Shown here: positions 18,624 through 28,423 of the stretch, one piece after another
Layout of the letters: each line of letters begins with the position of its first letter
Numbering within the stretch: position 1 is the first letter of the stretch
Assembly (NCBI GenBank): GCA_001771135.1
Contig: MESW01000002.1
Span: 5,315 to 69,314, forward strand
Reading direction: 5' to 3'
DNA: 64,000 nucleotides
Source of the DNA: a candidate division CPR3 bacterium GWF2_35_18
Lineage (GTDB): Bacteria; Patescibacteriota; CPR3; GWF2-35-18
Notes under the pieces: generated by a model
The model's database searches: none
What the model saw: the letters and a program-made list of their open reading frames with translations, nothing else
What the model was told of the DNA's origin: nothing
Translations under genes and position numbers: made by a program

Positions 18624-19499
18624 TTATTTGATTCCTTCGGTTAAAGAAACGATTTTATAGCCTTTATTCTCAATATAAGTAAAGACCTCGTCAAGGATTT
18701 CTCCGGTAATATTGTCTCCAATATGCATAAGGTAGATAGCTCCATTTTCGAGATTGTCATAAATTCTTTGTTTTACCTCATTTGCGGTTATCCCTTCACT
18801 TTCCTTCCAGTCTAGGGCGTCAACTGTCCAATAAACCGATCGGTAACCTTCAATAGACGCAATATCAAGAATATGGGCATTTCGCTCTCCGTATGGCGGG
18901 CGGAAATATGGTTTTGTAGTTTTTCCAGTTAATTCCTTTAAAATAACTTCGGTTTTGGCAAATTCGTCTTTGATCTCGGCATCAGTCTTTTCCGTTAAAT
19001 GAGGGTGATCGTAGGTATGGTTAAAGATTTCATGGCCGGCAGTATCAATTTGTTTTATTTCATCTTGATTTTGTTCTGCCCACTTTCCGGTAGTAAAAAA
19101 TGTAGCGGTAATGTTGTGTTTATTTAGAGCAGAAAGAATTTCGTCAATCGATTGGTTTCCAGATCCTCCGTCAAAGGTAAAAATAACCTGTTTTTTGTTT
19201 GTATTACCCCAGACAATTTCTTTAGGGGTTTCGGTCAATTCTTCCAGTTCATTTGGATTTTCCTCTTCTTGTAATTGTTCTGAAGGGGTTGTTTCTGGTA
19301 TTTCTATCGGATTATCCTCTTGAAAAGTATCTTCATTACTGCTTTGACTAGACTCTGTTGTTTTATTAGTTTCAAAATATCTGTTTTCAATGGGTTCAGT
19401 ATTAGTGAGAAAAACTATCAGGATTATGCTGATAATTATTGCCAAAGTAAAAAAGGCGGTTACTAAAACCACAATTTTGTGAGCGAATATATCTTTCAT
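18624..19499 (-). CDS. Secreted polysaccharide deacetylase (NodB / CE4 family)
   Basis: N-terminal TM segment, a Glu/Thr-rich linker, and NodB motifs TFDGG, HEIFNHTYDHPHL and LMH. Confidence 0.8.
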   Translation of the reverse strand: MKDIFAHKIVVLVTAFFTLAIIISIILIVFLTNTEPIENRYFETNKTTESSQSSNEDTFQEDNPIEIPETTPSEQLQEEENPNELEELTETPKEIVWGNTNKKQVIFTFDGGSGNQSIDEILSALNKHNITATFFTTGKWAEQNQDEIKQIDTAGHEIFNHTYDHPHLTEKTDAEIKDEFAKTEVILKELTGKTTKPYFRPPYGERNAHILDIASIEGYRSVYWTVDALDWKESEGITANEVKQRIYDNLENGAIYLMHIGDNITGEILDEVFTYIENKGYKIVSLTEGIK

Positions 19500-19608
19500 A
19501 TGTTCTATATTTTATCTTAAAAATAGATTAAAAGGAAATTTTTTTGTCCTATAGCTTAGTTATGTTATGCTGGAATTATCGTCTTTTATCTTTTTCTAAG
19601 GAGAAATT

Positions 19609-20835
19609 ATGGAAGTTCAAGATCCTATTCCTACAACAGAAGAAACTAAATTACCGCAGAAAGTTCACTCAAAAATTCCTTTAATTTTAATTATTGTCGG
19701 AGTCGTTGTCAGTATGATCGGCATATATCTTATTGCAGTAAATAGTAATAAAGATAATGACGATAATGCTAATTTTCAGAATAATGAATCTCAAACGGTT
19801 TCGAATATAGTGGCAATTCCGGAGAAAGTTTTGAATAATAAATTCGGTTTTCTATCAGGGGGAGAAGAAGAAAATCCTTTTGTGAGTAATACTGGAGGTG
19901 CTTGGGTTCGTCCTCATCCAGGTCCATTTCTGTGGGACGATATGCAGACAGGTAAAAACGAAGAAATTTCTTTTGTAAAGACTGATAAAATTGTGAAAGC
20001 GCAACAAAATCAGGCTTACGGAACCTTGGTTACCATTTGGCCTTTTGCGGAATGGGATCAGCTAAATAACTTAGATGCAGATAGATGTCAGGTAAATAGT
20101 GAAGACGAATTTTTACCGCAAAATGATCAAAAAGGCCACAGTGATTATCTGCCTCTTCATCGATGTAATCCACATAACTGGGAGAGCTACGAAACCTGGA
20201 TTGCCGCTGTGGTCGAGCGTTATGATGGGGATGGTAATGATGATATGCCGGGATTAACAATTCCCATTAAATACTGGGAAATTATGAATGAGCCAGATCT
20301 TTCTTATCAGAATGCCGATCCTTTCTTGGTCTTTTATAAAGAGGGTCCAGAAGAATATGCCACTTTGTTAATTAATACCGCGAGAGTAATTCGCGAGACT
20401 GATTCGGAAGCGCAGATATTAATCGCTGGTGCGGCCGGGGGTGATGAGCGTTTCTTAAATTTTTACAGATTGGTTTTTACTAATACTGCAGCTTTACAAT
20501 CTTTTGATATTGGGAATGTTCATTGTATCAGCAACGATCGAGAGACTCATGATTTCAATGTGGGAGAGTATAAGAAAATGTTATTGAGTTTCAGTCTGGA
20601 TAATCCTATTTGGGTCACAGAGGCAGAAGCATTTTATGGTCAGAACGCAGAAGAAAACTATGAATTTACCAAAAGAAGTACAGAAGGCGCTATCGCAGCA
20701 CAAGCAGAGAAGATTTTTTACACTCGGTATGACTTTGACGACTTTCGAAAAGATATGTCAGTAGCAAATGAGGTTCAGGCAGAATCAATAGAAGACAGCA
20801 CGAATAAGTATCGAACAATTATCGGTGATTTTTAG
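19609..20835 (+). CDS. Membrane-anchored putative clan GH-A glycoside hydrolase
   Basis: AAGGAGA RBS. N-terminal TM segment. YWEIMNEPD (the NEP acid/base motif of GH5-like enzymes) and IWVTEAEAF (a candidate nucleophile). Confidence 0.5.
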   Translation: MEVQDPIPTTEETKLPQKVHSKIPLILIIVGVVVSMIGIYLIAVNSNKDNDDNANFQNNESQTVSNIVAIPEKVLNNKFGFLSGGEEENPFVSNTGGAWVRPHPGPFLWDDMQTGKNEEISFVKTDKIVKAQQNQAYGTLVTIWPFAEWDQLNNLDADRCQVNSEDEFLPQNDQKGHSDYLPLHRCNPHNWESYETWIAAVVERYDGDGNDDMPGLTIPIKYWEIMNEPDLSYQNADPFLVFYKEGPEEYATLLINTARVIRETDSEAQILIAGAAGGDERFLNFYRLVFTNTAALQSFDIGNVHCISNDRETHDFNVGEYKKMLLSFSLDNPIWVTEAEAFYGQNAEENYEFTKRSTEGAIAAQAEKIFYTRYDFDDFRKDMSVANEVQAESIEDSTNKYRTIIGDF

Positions 20836-21020
20836 ATTGTAAAGATCAACAATTGTTTTTACAATAGACATTTCTAGTTCAGAGTCTTCAGTTTTTGAAG
20901 AAACAGACTTTTCCTTTTTTTAAGCATAACAAATAGAAAATTAGTAATAAAAATTAAAATTTGAAAGAAAAAAGTATTTACACTTGTAATAAAAATAGAG
21001 AGATTAAAGGAAGGAGGACG

Positions 21021-21104
21021 ATGATGGAAAATAACATCTATACCATCAAGACTCAGCTTTTAAGGAAACAGCTTATACATCACTTTAAGACTAGGCGGAC
21101 CTAA
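21021..21104 (+). CDS. Candidate small ORF (27 aa, MMENNIYTIKTQLLRKQLIHHFKTRRT)
   Basis: Strong RBS AAGGAAGGAGGA 5 nt upstream. A perfect terminator hairpin follows at 21128-21168. Confidence 0.3.
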   Translation: MMENNIYTIKTQLLRKQLIHHFKTRRT

Positions 21105-21127
21105 TAAAATATAAAACGGCTCTTTGA

Positions 21128-21168
21128 AAAAAAGAAGGAGGCTTATAGCCTCCTTCTTTTTTTCTTTG
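21128..21168 (+). terminator. Rho-independent terminator
   Basis: AGAAGGAGGC-TTAT-AGCCTCCTTCT followed by TTTTTTTC. Confidence 0.65.
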
Positions 21169-21232
21169 TTTGCATTTAAATATCAAGAAATATACAATAC
21201 TAGGTAATAGTTTATTTATTTAAGGATGCGTT

Positions 21233-21688
21233 ATGAATGACAACTCGAATCAAATAAGAATTTTAATTATTGAAGACGAAAACTTCTTTTTAAAACCGCT
21301 TTCCAATGCTTTTAAAAAAGAAGGGTTTAAAGTTTCCGAAGCCATGAATGGAGATGCCGGATTAAAGAAAGCAAAGCATGAAAAACCAGATCTGATTTTC
21401 CTGGATATTATTATGCCGGGTATGGATGGATTAGATGTGCTGATTAACATGCGCCAGAATAAAGGTTCTAAGAATACTCCAGTGGTCATTTTAACCAGTG
21501 TTGAACACAGCATGCGAGAATCAGAAATTGATGTCGACAAAGCTTGTATTCGCATTTTAAAGATTAATGCCGAGATTTCTCAATTAGTCGAATTCATGAA
21601 GCTTTTCCGTGATAAATACTCTCAAAATCAAGAAAAGAATGTCAAAAAGTTTTTAGAGGGATTAAAAAAAGAAGTGAGAATCAAGTAA
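21233..21688 (+). CDS. Stand-alone response regulator receiver domain protein (CheY-like) with a short C-terminal extension
   Basis: ILIIEDE... phospho-acceptor D in DLIFLDIIMPGMDG. Conserved T (LTS) and K. Confidence 0.75.
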   Translation: MNDNSNQIRILIIEDENFFLKPLSNAFKKEGFKVSEAMNGDAGLKKAKHEKPDLIFLDIIMPGMDGLDVLINMRQNKGSKNTPVVILTSVEHSMRESEIDVDKACIRILKINAEISQLVEFMKLFRDKYSQNQEKNVKKFLEGLKKEVRIK

Positions 21689-22487
21689 TCGATTTTTGTG
21701 GTAAAGGTATTAAAATACTCGTTGTTTTCTTATATCTTTGATATTCTAGATTATCTTTGTATATATTATTGTATCTTTTTTCTAAAGGCGGAATTCCGCT
21801 TACAAATATTAGTAAGAAAGTAATATATAGAGGACCAATTACTCCTAAATATGTTAAGCCAGATAAAAGGTTTATGGTATAAATAAAAACTCCCCACCAA
21901 ATTATGATTTCCCCAAAATAATTAGGATGTCTTGAGTATTTCCAGAGTCCAGTTTTAATCCATTTTCCTTTGTTCTTTAATTCATTTTTGAAAACATATT
22001 TTTGATAATCAGCTACTGATTCAATTATTATCCCTATCGTAAAGAGCAAGATCCCTAATAGATTATTTATATTAAGATAATAGTTTTCAGATTCCACACT
22101 TAAACTTATAAAGATACTAGTAGGAATCATAATTATCCAAATAGATAATCCTTGTAATATCCAAAATTGGAGGAATTTTTTGAAGTTTTCTCGCACACCA
22201 TCAAAACGGGTATCCTTTTTAATTTTTAAAATTCTAATAAAAAGATAACTTACTAAACGAATACCCCAAATAATAACACAGATAGCGATCAAAATTTGAG
22301 AAAGGGACGGGTTTGGATGTTTTAATAGTAGATAGATAACGAGAATTATGAATGATACTCCATAAGAAAAATCGGTGAGTTTGTCGGTTTTCATTATTGC
22401 TGCAAATATGAAAAAAAGAAATTGCAGGATTAGCGCTAATAATAGGGTAGTCATTAAATTATATGGGTCAGAAATATTTATGTTCAT
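21681..22487 (-). CDS. DUF1295 / steroid-5-alpha-reductase-like (ICMT-like) membrane protein
   Basis: Multi-TM protein with WKYSRHPNYFGEIIIWWG, the RHPNYxGE motif of the DUF1295 / 3-oxo-5-alpha-steroid 4-dehydrogenase family. Confidence 0.72.
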   Translation of the reverse strand: MNINISDPYNLMTTLLLALILQFLFFIFAAIMKTDKLTDFSYGVSFIILVIYLLLKHPNPSLSQILIAICVIIWGIRLVSYLFIRILKIKKDTRFDGVRENFKKFLQFWILQGLSIWIIMIPTSIFISLSVESENYYLNINNLLGILLFTIGIIIESVADYQKYVFKNELKNKGKWIKTGLWKYSRHPNYFGEIIIWWGVFIYTINLLSGLTYLGVIGPLYITFLLIFVSGIPPLEKRYNNIYKDNLEYQRYKKTTSILIPLPQKSIT

Positions 22488-23119
22488 AATAATCCTTTCA
22501 TGTCTTCTGGTATTTCTGATGTATATTCCACCAATTCTTTTGTCATCGGATGTACAAAAGAAATTTTATAAGAGTGTAGTGCTAACCTCCGGAATTTTAG
22601 ACTAAAATCTTTACGGAAAGCATAGACACTTTCTCCAAGAATAGGATGACTAATCTCTTTAAATTGAATTCGAAGCTGATTAGTTCTTCCAGTTATCGGC
22701 TTTGCTTTAACAACCGTAAATCCAGGTCTCCTCGTTACTACTCTATATTGTGTAATCATTAATCTTTTGTAATTGTCATACTTACTTTTGCCATAACTTT
22801 TTAATACCCCATGGTCTTGACGCAATGATCCATGAATAAAGGCAAGGTATGATTTCTTCACTAGTCTCTCTTCAAACTGTTTCATAATTTCCTGTTGATT
22901 CTTTTTCCCTTTGGCAAATATAATTAATCCCGATGTCTCCCGATCGATCCGATGACAAGGGTAAGCATTTACCTCCTCGCCACGACTATTAAGTTCATCA
23001 TTAATTAAATGAGAGAGGGTGTTTGTTTCTCCTTTGGGAGTGGGAATAACCAGCATTCCACTTGGCTTATCGATCACAATTATGGATTTATCTTCAAAAA
23101 TAATGTGGTATTGCGACAT
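22484..23119 (-). CDS. RluA-family pseudouridine synthase
   Basis: Catalytic motif HRIDRETSGLIIFAKG (HRLDxxTSG). Overlaps the downstream gene by 4 nt (ATGA). Confidence 0.85.
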   Translation of the reverse strand: MSQYHIIFEDKSIIVIDKPSGMLVIPTPKGETNTLSHLINDELNSRGEEVNAYPCHRIDRETSGLIIFAKGKKNQQEIMKQFEERLVKKSYLAFIHGSLRQDHGVLKSYGKSKYDNYKRLMITQYRVVTRRPGFTVVKAKPITGRTNQLRIQFKEISHPILGESVYAFRKDFSLKFRRLALHSYKISFVHPMTKELVEYTSEIPEDMKGLL

Positions 23120-23270
23120 TAAAAGCTCACTTTCTTTTGTTATACCAGAATTAATCTTGGTTATACCCCAACTACAGCTATTTTAGGATAGATCAAGTTG
23201 GGTATATTTTGACAGTTTTATAGTTTCTTGGCAAGCGATTCGGACATTAAGATGTGTTAGAATATGATTT

Positions 23271-24266
23271 ATGGAAGATTTACAATTAATTCTCAAAAAG
23301 GAACCAAAATACCGTTTGAAACAGGTAAAAGAAGCTGTTTATCGTGATTTGATTGGTAATTGGGATTTTGCCCTTACTTTACCTTTGTCTCTCCGAAAAC
23401 AGTTAAACGAAAAATTACCGCTAGAAATTAAAGCCGAGATTTTTGATAGTCGAGATCAAAAAACCACCAAAGCTCTAATAGAGCTTCAGGATGGAAATAA
23501 AATTGAAACCGTTTTGATGCGGTATTCCGAAAAAAGAAATACGGTTTGTGTTTCTTCTCAGGTGGGTTGTCCGCTTTCCTGTACTTTTTGTGCTACCGGT
23601 AAAATGGGACTTATCCGAAATCTAACGGCAGATGAAATTGTAAATCAAGTTCTTCTGTTTGGGAGAATTATGAAAAAAGAAGAAGATAAGGTGACAAATA
23701 TCGTTTTTATGGGTATGGGAGAGCCATTTCTAAATTACGATGAAGTAATTAAAGCCATCAAAATTCTGCATGATCCAGAGGGTATGAATCTGGGAATTCG
23801 TCATTTTTCATTGTCGACTTCAGGAATCACCGAAGGTATTGAAAAGTTCGCGTTAGAAAAAATGGAAGTTAATTTGGCTATTTCTTTACATTCGCCGACT
23901 CAAGAACTTCGGGAAAAGCTGATGCCGATTGCAAAGAAATACCATTTAACAGAGCTTTTTAAGGCCATTCAAAGTTACCAAAAAATAACTAGACGCAAGG
24001 TGATGTTTGAATATTTAATGCTTCAAGATCTCAATGATAGTATGGATCAAGCTCTACAGCTGTCAAAATTACTACGAGGTTTGTCTTGTATGGTTAATCT
24101 GATTCCTTATAATGAAACGGGTGTATATAAAGCTTCCTCAACTCAAGCGATTAACAATTTTCGCCGAATTCTAGAAGATAATTATATTGAAGTAGCTCAA
24201 CGTTATCGTTTTGGAGAAGATATTAAGGCTGCCTGTGGACAGTTGGCAATAAGAAAAAAAGGCTAG
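23271..24266 (+). CDS. rlmN: Radical-SAM 23S rRNA (A2503-C2) / tRNA methyltransferase RlmN
   Basis: CPLSCTFCATG (CxxxCxxC) radical-SAM cluster motif. Conserved C-terminal Cys (AACGQL). Length and order typical of RlmN/Cfr. Confidence 0.88.
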   Translation: MEDLQLILKKEPKYRLKQVKEAVYRDLIGNWDFALTLPLSLRKQLNEKLPLEIKAEIFDSRDQKTTKALIELQDGNKIETVLMRYSEKRNTVCVSSQVGCPLSCTFCATGKMGLIRNLTADEIVNQVLLFGRIMKKEEDKVTNIVFMGMGEPFLNYDEVIKAIKILHDPEGMNLGIRHFSLSTSGITEGIEKFALEKMEVNLAISLHSPTQELREKLMPIAKKYHLTELFKAIQSYQKITRRKVMFEYLMLQDLNDSMDQALQLSKLLRGLSCMVNLIPYNETGVYKASSTQAINNFRRILEDNYIEVAQRYRFGEDIKAACGQLAIRKKG

Positions 24267-24946
24267 CTGAGGTTTTTGTAGAAAAAATCTCCTTAGAGGT
24301 ACTATCTAGAAGATTGATTCTATCAATAATTTCGCAAGACTTGAATCCTTGGATATCATACCATTTATATGGTTCTTTGATGTCTTTATATGAAGAAGTA
24401 AAGACGTATTTATATCCTTTTTTTACAAGGTATTTTTCTTCAATGTACATGTGGATTATAAGTGGTTGACACTTCCAAAGAAATCAAACTTTAATACTCC
24501 AATAATCACTTTTTCTAGTTTTGCAACAATTACCTCTTTTTGGAGTATTTGAAATTTAAGAATTTTTGATTGTAGGTTTTTTGAGTCTGTAGTTTTTTGA
24601 TGCTATCGCAGTTTGTTACTCTTGAAAACCGTGTAATTACGCTTTCCATGAGAGTTAATTATACTATTTTTCCTTAAAGTAAAATCGCGGCAATTTAATT
24701 AGAGAAAAAACGAAAATCGATTCGAAAAATAAGCAGAAAATAAATTCTTTTCTAAAGCATAAAAAAACTTTTTCTATCCTCAGCTTTTATGCTAGAATAC
24801 GCTCATATACGCAACTTTTTCAGAATTATACCCAAGTAATTCCAGGTTACAACTCAAGATGTTATTATTTGGGTAATACGCATCTACATTTATTGCAAAT
24901 TAGAGTAAGATGAGTATATAAGTTGACCTTTAGATAGAGGAAAAAC

Positions 24947-26155
24947 ATGTTATTTTTCAGCATGCTTATCAACGCTAAAGTAATTGATAGCACAAATCAT
25001 AAAATTGGTATACTTACTGACGTTATTGTTCCTCTCAATAATCTCTATCCCAAATTATCTGCATTCAAAGTGAAGTTAAAAAATAAAGAGAATTTAATTC
25101 TTGCTATCTCTTCAGTAGAATCAATTGGTCAGGGTGTTATTACTTTGAATGTTCGTCTTCCGAAGGAGTCAAACTATAAAATTAAATCTCAAGAAGGTTT
25201 TCTTAAAGAGCATGTTTTAGATCGGCAGCTTATCGATACAGAAGGAATCAAGATCGTAAGAGCAAATGACATTGCTTTTGGAAAGATTCATAATCAAATG
25301 GTCGTTACTAGTATTGATATTAGTGCTTCAGGAATATTTAGACGTTTAGGTCTAGGAAATATTCCCTTTATCAATAGACAGCAACCTTTACTCATTCCGT
25401 GGACAGAAGTTACTTTGATTGATTCTCCCAGTTTGCAGTTACAGATAAAAAATAATGATATGTTTATTAAGAATCTTCACCCAGCAGATATTGCGAATTT
25501 GATTGAAGATTTGAATATTAAGAGGGGGGCTGATTTTATTTCCCAGTTTGACCCTGATATTGCTGCTTATATTTTTGAAGAGATGAGTGATGAGCGTATA
25601 GAGGCTTTAATTAAACATCTTGGAGTTAAAAAAACCGGTGATATCTTGGAAAAGATGTCTCCTGATCAGGTAGCAGATATTCTGGAAAATCTTTCTAAAG
25701 ATAAAGTAAAGGAGATTATGGCGGAGTTAAAACCAGAAGAAAGTCAGGAAATTATGCATTTAATCAAATATGGAGAGAGGGAAGCCGGAGGGCTTATGAC
25801 TACTGACTTTTTCATTGCTCGACCTGATTGGACTGTAAAAAAAGTAAAGAAGGAGTTACTAAAAGGAAAAGAAGAAATTAAAAGTGTGAGTTACGTTTAC
25901 ATCACTGATGAAAGAGGTTGTTACGTCGGAGTTCTATCCTTAAGAGAATTACTTCTTTCTAAAGACGATACTAAAATTAGGAGTATTATGGTTACTAATG
26001 TATTTTCAATTCCTCCGAAAGCTTCGATTAAAGAAATTGCTCACAATTTAACTAAATACAATCTTTTCTCCATTGCCGTTACGAATAAAAATGACAAACT
26101 GTTGGGAGTAGTTATGATTGATGATATTATGCGTGAACTATTTCCGGAGGCTTAA
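24947..26155 (+). CDS. Cytoplasmic MgtE-N + CBS-pair domain protein (with a PRC-barrel-like N-terminus) that lacks the MgtE membrane domain
   Basis: GAGG RBS. MgtE_N-like helical repeats (ADIANLIEDL...DIAAYIFEEM...DILEKM...ADILENL), then two CBS domains. No TM segments. Separated from the NRAMP gene by only 3 nt. Confidence 0.68.
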   Translation: MLFFSMLINAKVIDSTNHKIGILTDVIVPLNNLYPKLSAFKVKLKNKENLILAISSVESIGQGVITLNVRLPKESNYKIKSQEGFLKEHVLDRQLIDTEGIKIVRANDIAFGKIHNQMVVTSIDISASGIFRRLGLGNIPFINRQQPLLIPWTEVTLIDSPSLQLQIKNNDMFIKNLHPADIANLIEDLNIKRGADFISQFDPDIAAYIFEEMSDERIEALIKHLGVKKTGDILEKMSPDQVADILENLSKDKVKEIMAELKPEESQEIMHLIKYGEREAGGLMTTDFFIARPDWTVKKVKKELLKGKEEIKSVSYVYITDERGCYVGVLSLRELLLSKDDTKIRSIMVTNVFSIPPKASIKEIAHNLTKYNLFSIAVTNKNDKLLGVVMIDDIMRELFPEA

Positions 26156-26158
26156 AGC

Positions 26159-27406
26159 ATGGCATCTTTTCAAAAAAGCTCCTCTAATTCTTGGTTTAAA
26201 AAAATAGCTATTTTTCTCTCGGTTCTTGGACCGGGAATAATCGCTGCTAATGCGGATAATGATGCCGCGGGGATTGCTACTTATACAATTTCCGGAGCTC
26301 GTTATGGTTATGGTTTATTATTTTCTTTATTTATCATAACTTTTGTTTTAGCCGTAACTCAGGAAATGGGAACTAGAATTGGAGTTGTTACCGGTAAAGG
26401 TTTGGGAGGAGTTATTAGGGAACGTTTTGGACTCAAATTGACAATGTTAGCAATGTTTTTTATGGCAATTGCTAATGCGGGAGTCATCATTGCCGATATG
26501 GCTGGAATTGCAGAATCTATGGAATTATTCGGTATTTCTAAATATATTGCGGTGCCGATTATTGTATTTATTTTGTGGCTACTTTTATATAAAGGTTCTT
26601 TCAAAAGAGCTGAAAAAATCTTTTTAGCTCTTTCAGGAATATACATTGTATATATTGTTACTGCTTTTTATACCAAACCCGATTGGGGAGAAGCTTTAAC
26701 TGCCTTAGTAAAGCCTCATTTACAATTTGACAGGCAGTATTTACTTACTCTTATTGCTTTGATTGGAACAACCGTGACCCCTTGGGGACAGTTTTTTATA
26801 CAATCATATGTTGTTGATAAAGGAATTCGCTTAAAGCATTATGCTTATGAGCGTTTAGAGATTTTTATTGGTGCTTTTATAACTGATTTTTTCAGCTTTT
26901 TTGTTATTGTAACGGCCGCAAATACTCTATTTAAAAACAATATCTTTGTAGATACAGCTTCTCAAGCAGCTTTATCTTTAACTCCTCTAGCAGGGCATTA
27001 TGCTTCAATACTTTTTGCGGTTGGATTTTTGAATGCTGGGATTATGGGGGCAAGTATCGTTACTTTAGCGACTGCTTATGCTATCTGTGAAGCTTTTGGA
27101 TTTGAATCTGGACTTGATCGTAATCGCAAAGAAGCTCCGATTTTTTATGGGATAATTATCACTTTACTTATTGGAAGTGGATTGATTGTTTTGATCCCGG
27201 GATTACCATTATTTCGTATAATGCTTTTATCTCAAGGGCTTAATGGGATGCTTTTACCGATTATTTTAATCTATGCTTATAAGATTATCAACGACAAAAA
27301 AGTTATGGGAGAGTATAAAAACAGTAGAATCGCAAACATTATTACTTTAACCGCGCTCGGATTATTGGTTTTCGCCTCAATTCTGGTGCTAATCTCGAGC
27401 TTTTAA
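26159..27406 (+). CDS. mntH: NRAMP family Mn2+/Fe2+ transporter (MntH-like)
   Basis: GPG...ANADNDAAGIATY (the DPGN-type motif), 11 TM segments, and MPH-region equivalents. A terminator hairpin follows at 27493-27522. Confidence 0.85.
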   Translation: MASFQKSSSNSWFKKIAIFLSVLGPGIIAANADNDAAGIATYTISGARYGYGLLFSLFIITFVLAVTQEMGTRIGVVTGKGLGGVIRERFGLKLTMLAMFFMAIANAGVIIADMAGIAESMELFGISKYIAVPIIVFILWLLLYKGSFKRAEKIFLALSGIYIVYIVTAFYTKPDWGEALTALVKPHLQFDRQYLLTLIALIGTTVTPWGQFFIQSYVVDKGIRLKHYAYERLEIFIGAFITDFFSFFVIVTAANTLFKNNIFVDTASQAALSLTPLAGHYASILFAVGFLNAGIMGASIVTLATAYAICEAFGFESGLDRNRKEAPIFYGIIITLLIGSGLIVLIPGLPLFRIMLLSQGLNGMLLPIILIYAYKIINDKKVMGEYKNSRIANIITLTALGLLVFASILVLISSF

Positions 27407-27694
27407 TTTATTTTAGGATAAAAAGTTGGAAAATAGTGACAATTCCAGCGGAAATACAGGCGAAATAGAGAATGATAGAAAGGTCGGAGACTTCTTTAAG
27501 AAGTCTTTTTTCCTGTTTAAGGTGTAGGGTGTGATGATTATGATTTCTTTTTACGGTTTTGTTTTTTACTAAATAAGTCATAGATAATCTTTAAAATAAG
27601 AAAATGAAACGAAGTGAGATATTATATAAAAAATTGATTAATAAAACAAGAGGGAAAGATAGTTAAAAAGTAGAATTTTGAAGTATAAATTTAA

Positions 27695-28423
27695 TCATCT
27701 ATTAGAAGAAAATCGAATAATAAAATCTATGATATCAAGATTGCATCTTATTTTTAAATCAGTTTTGGTTTTTCCTGGAATTTCAGTACAAATACTATAA
27801 GGAGTATGTTCAAGATACATCTTGTGTTCAAAAGATCCGTCTTCATGATCCATGAAAATACCTTGTGAAGCAACTTTACCGTACATTTTTTTCATATGTC
27901 GGATTGGAAAAAACTGAGATACTTTATTCACAATTTTTCGGTAAATTGCTTCATTATTTTTATTATATGCATATAGATAAAAATATTTTTCATCACAATC
28001 ATCATGTAAAGCATGAAAAAAAAATATTTTTTCGTTATACAAACTTTTTAATAAATATTTATTTTCGGTTAGTAATTTTTGGGGATTACAAAAACATCTA
28101 TTTAAATCTTTTTTCTGATAGTTATATCTACTATTGGTGTTAAACCCATACGGATTGGCTACGGGAAAGATAATTATTTTAAGATATAAGGGAAGATCAT
28201 AACGATTCAAATTATTTATAAATTGAAGAATAGTCAAAGGCCCTGATTTTTCATGACCGTGAATTCCAGAGGAGAAACATATTGTTTTTCGTGCATTGTA
28301 TCCGTTAATTACAATTTTATATAACGGGTAATTTTTGTTAACATTGCCAATTTTAAGAAAATCCAAATTTTTTTTACTACAAGCGATTTTTAATTTAGAA
28401 ATATAATGAAGGTATTCATTCAT
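27695..28423 (-). CDS. AstE/AspA (succinylglutamate desuccinylase / aspartoacylase, M14-like) family zinc deacylase or carboxypeptidase
   Basis: Zn-binding HxxE in SSGIHGHEKSGP and a second His in FFHALHDD. Size about 240 aa. Last gene of a 4-gene minus-strand operon. Confidence 0.62.
   Translation of the reverse strand: MNEYLHYISKLKIACSKKNLDFLKIGNVNKNYPLYKIVINGYNARKTICFSSGIHGHEKSGPLTILQFINNLNRYDLPLYLKIIIFPVANPYGFNTNSRYNYQKKDLNRCFCNPQKLLTENKYLLKSLYNEKIFFFHALHDDCDEKYFYLYAYNKNNEAIYRKIVNKVSQFFPIRHMKKMYGKVASQGIFMDHEDGSFEHKMYLEHTPYSICTEIPGKTKTDLKIRCNLDIIDFIIRFSSNR

Noticed and set aside
24223-24450. A 75-aa minus-strand ORF that overlaps the 3' end of rlmN
   Set aside because: It overlaps the conserved C-terminus of RlmN by 44 nt. 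It has no convincing RBS and no motif. It is probably a chance ORF in AT-rich sequence.
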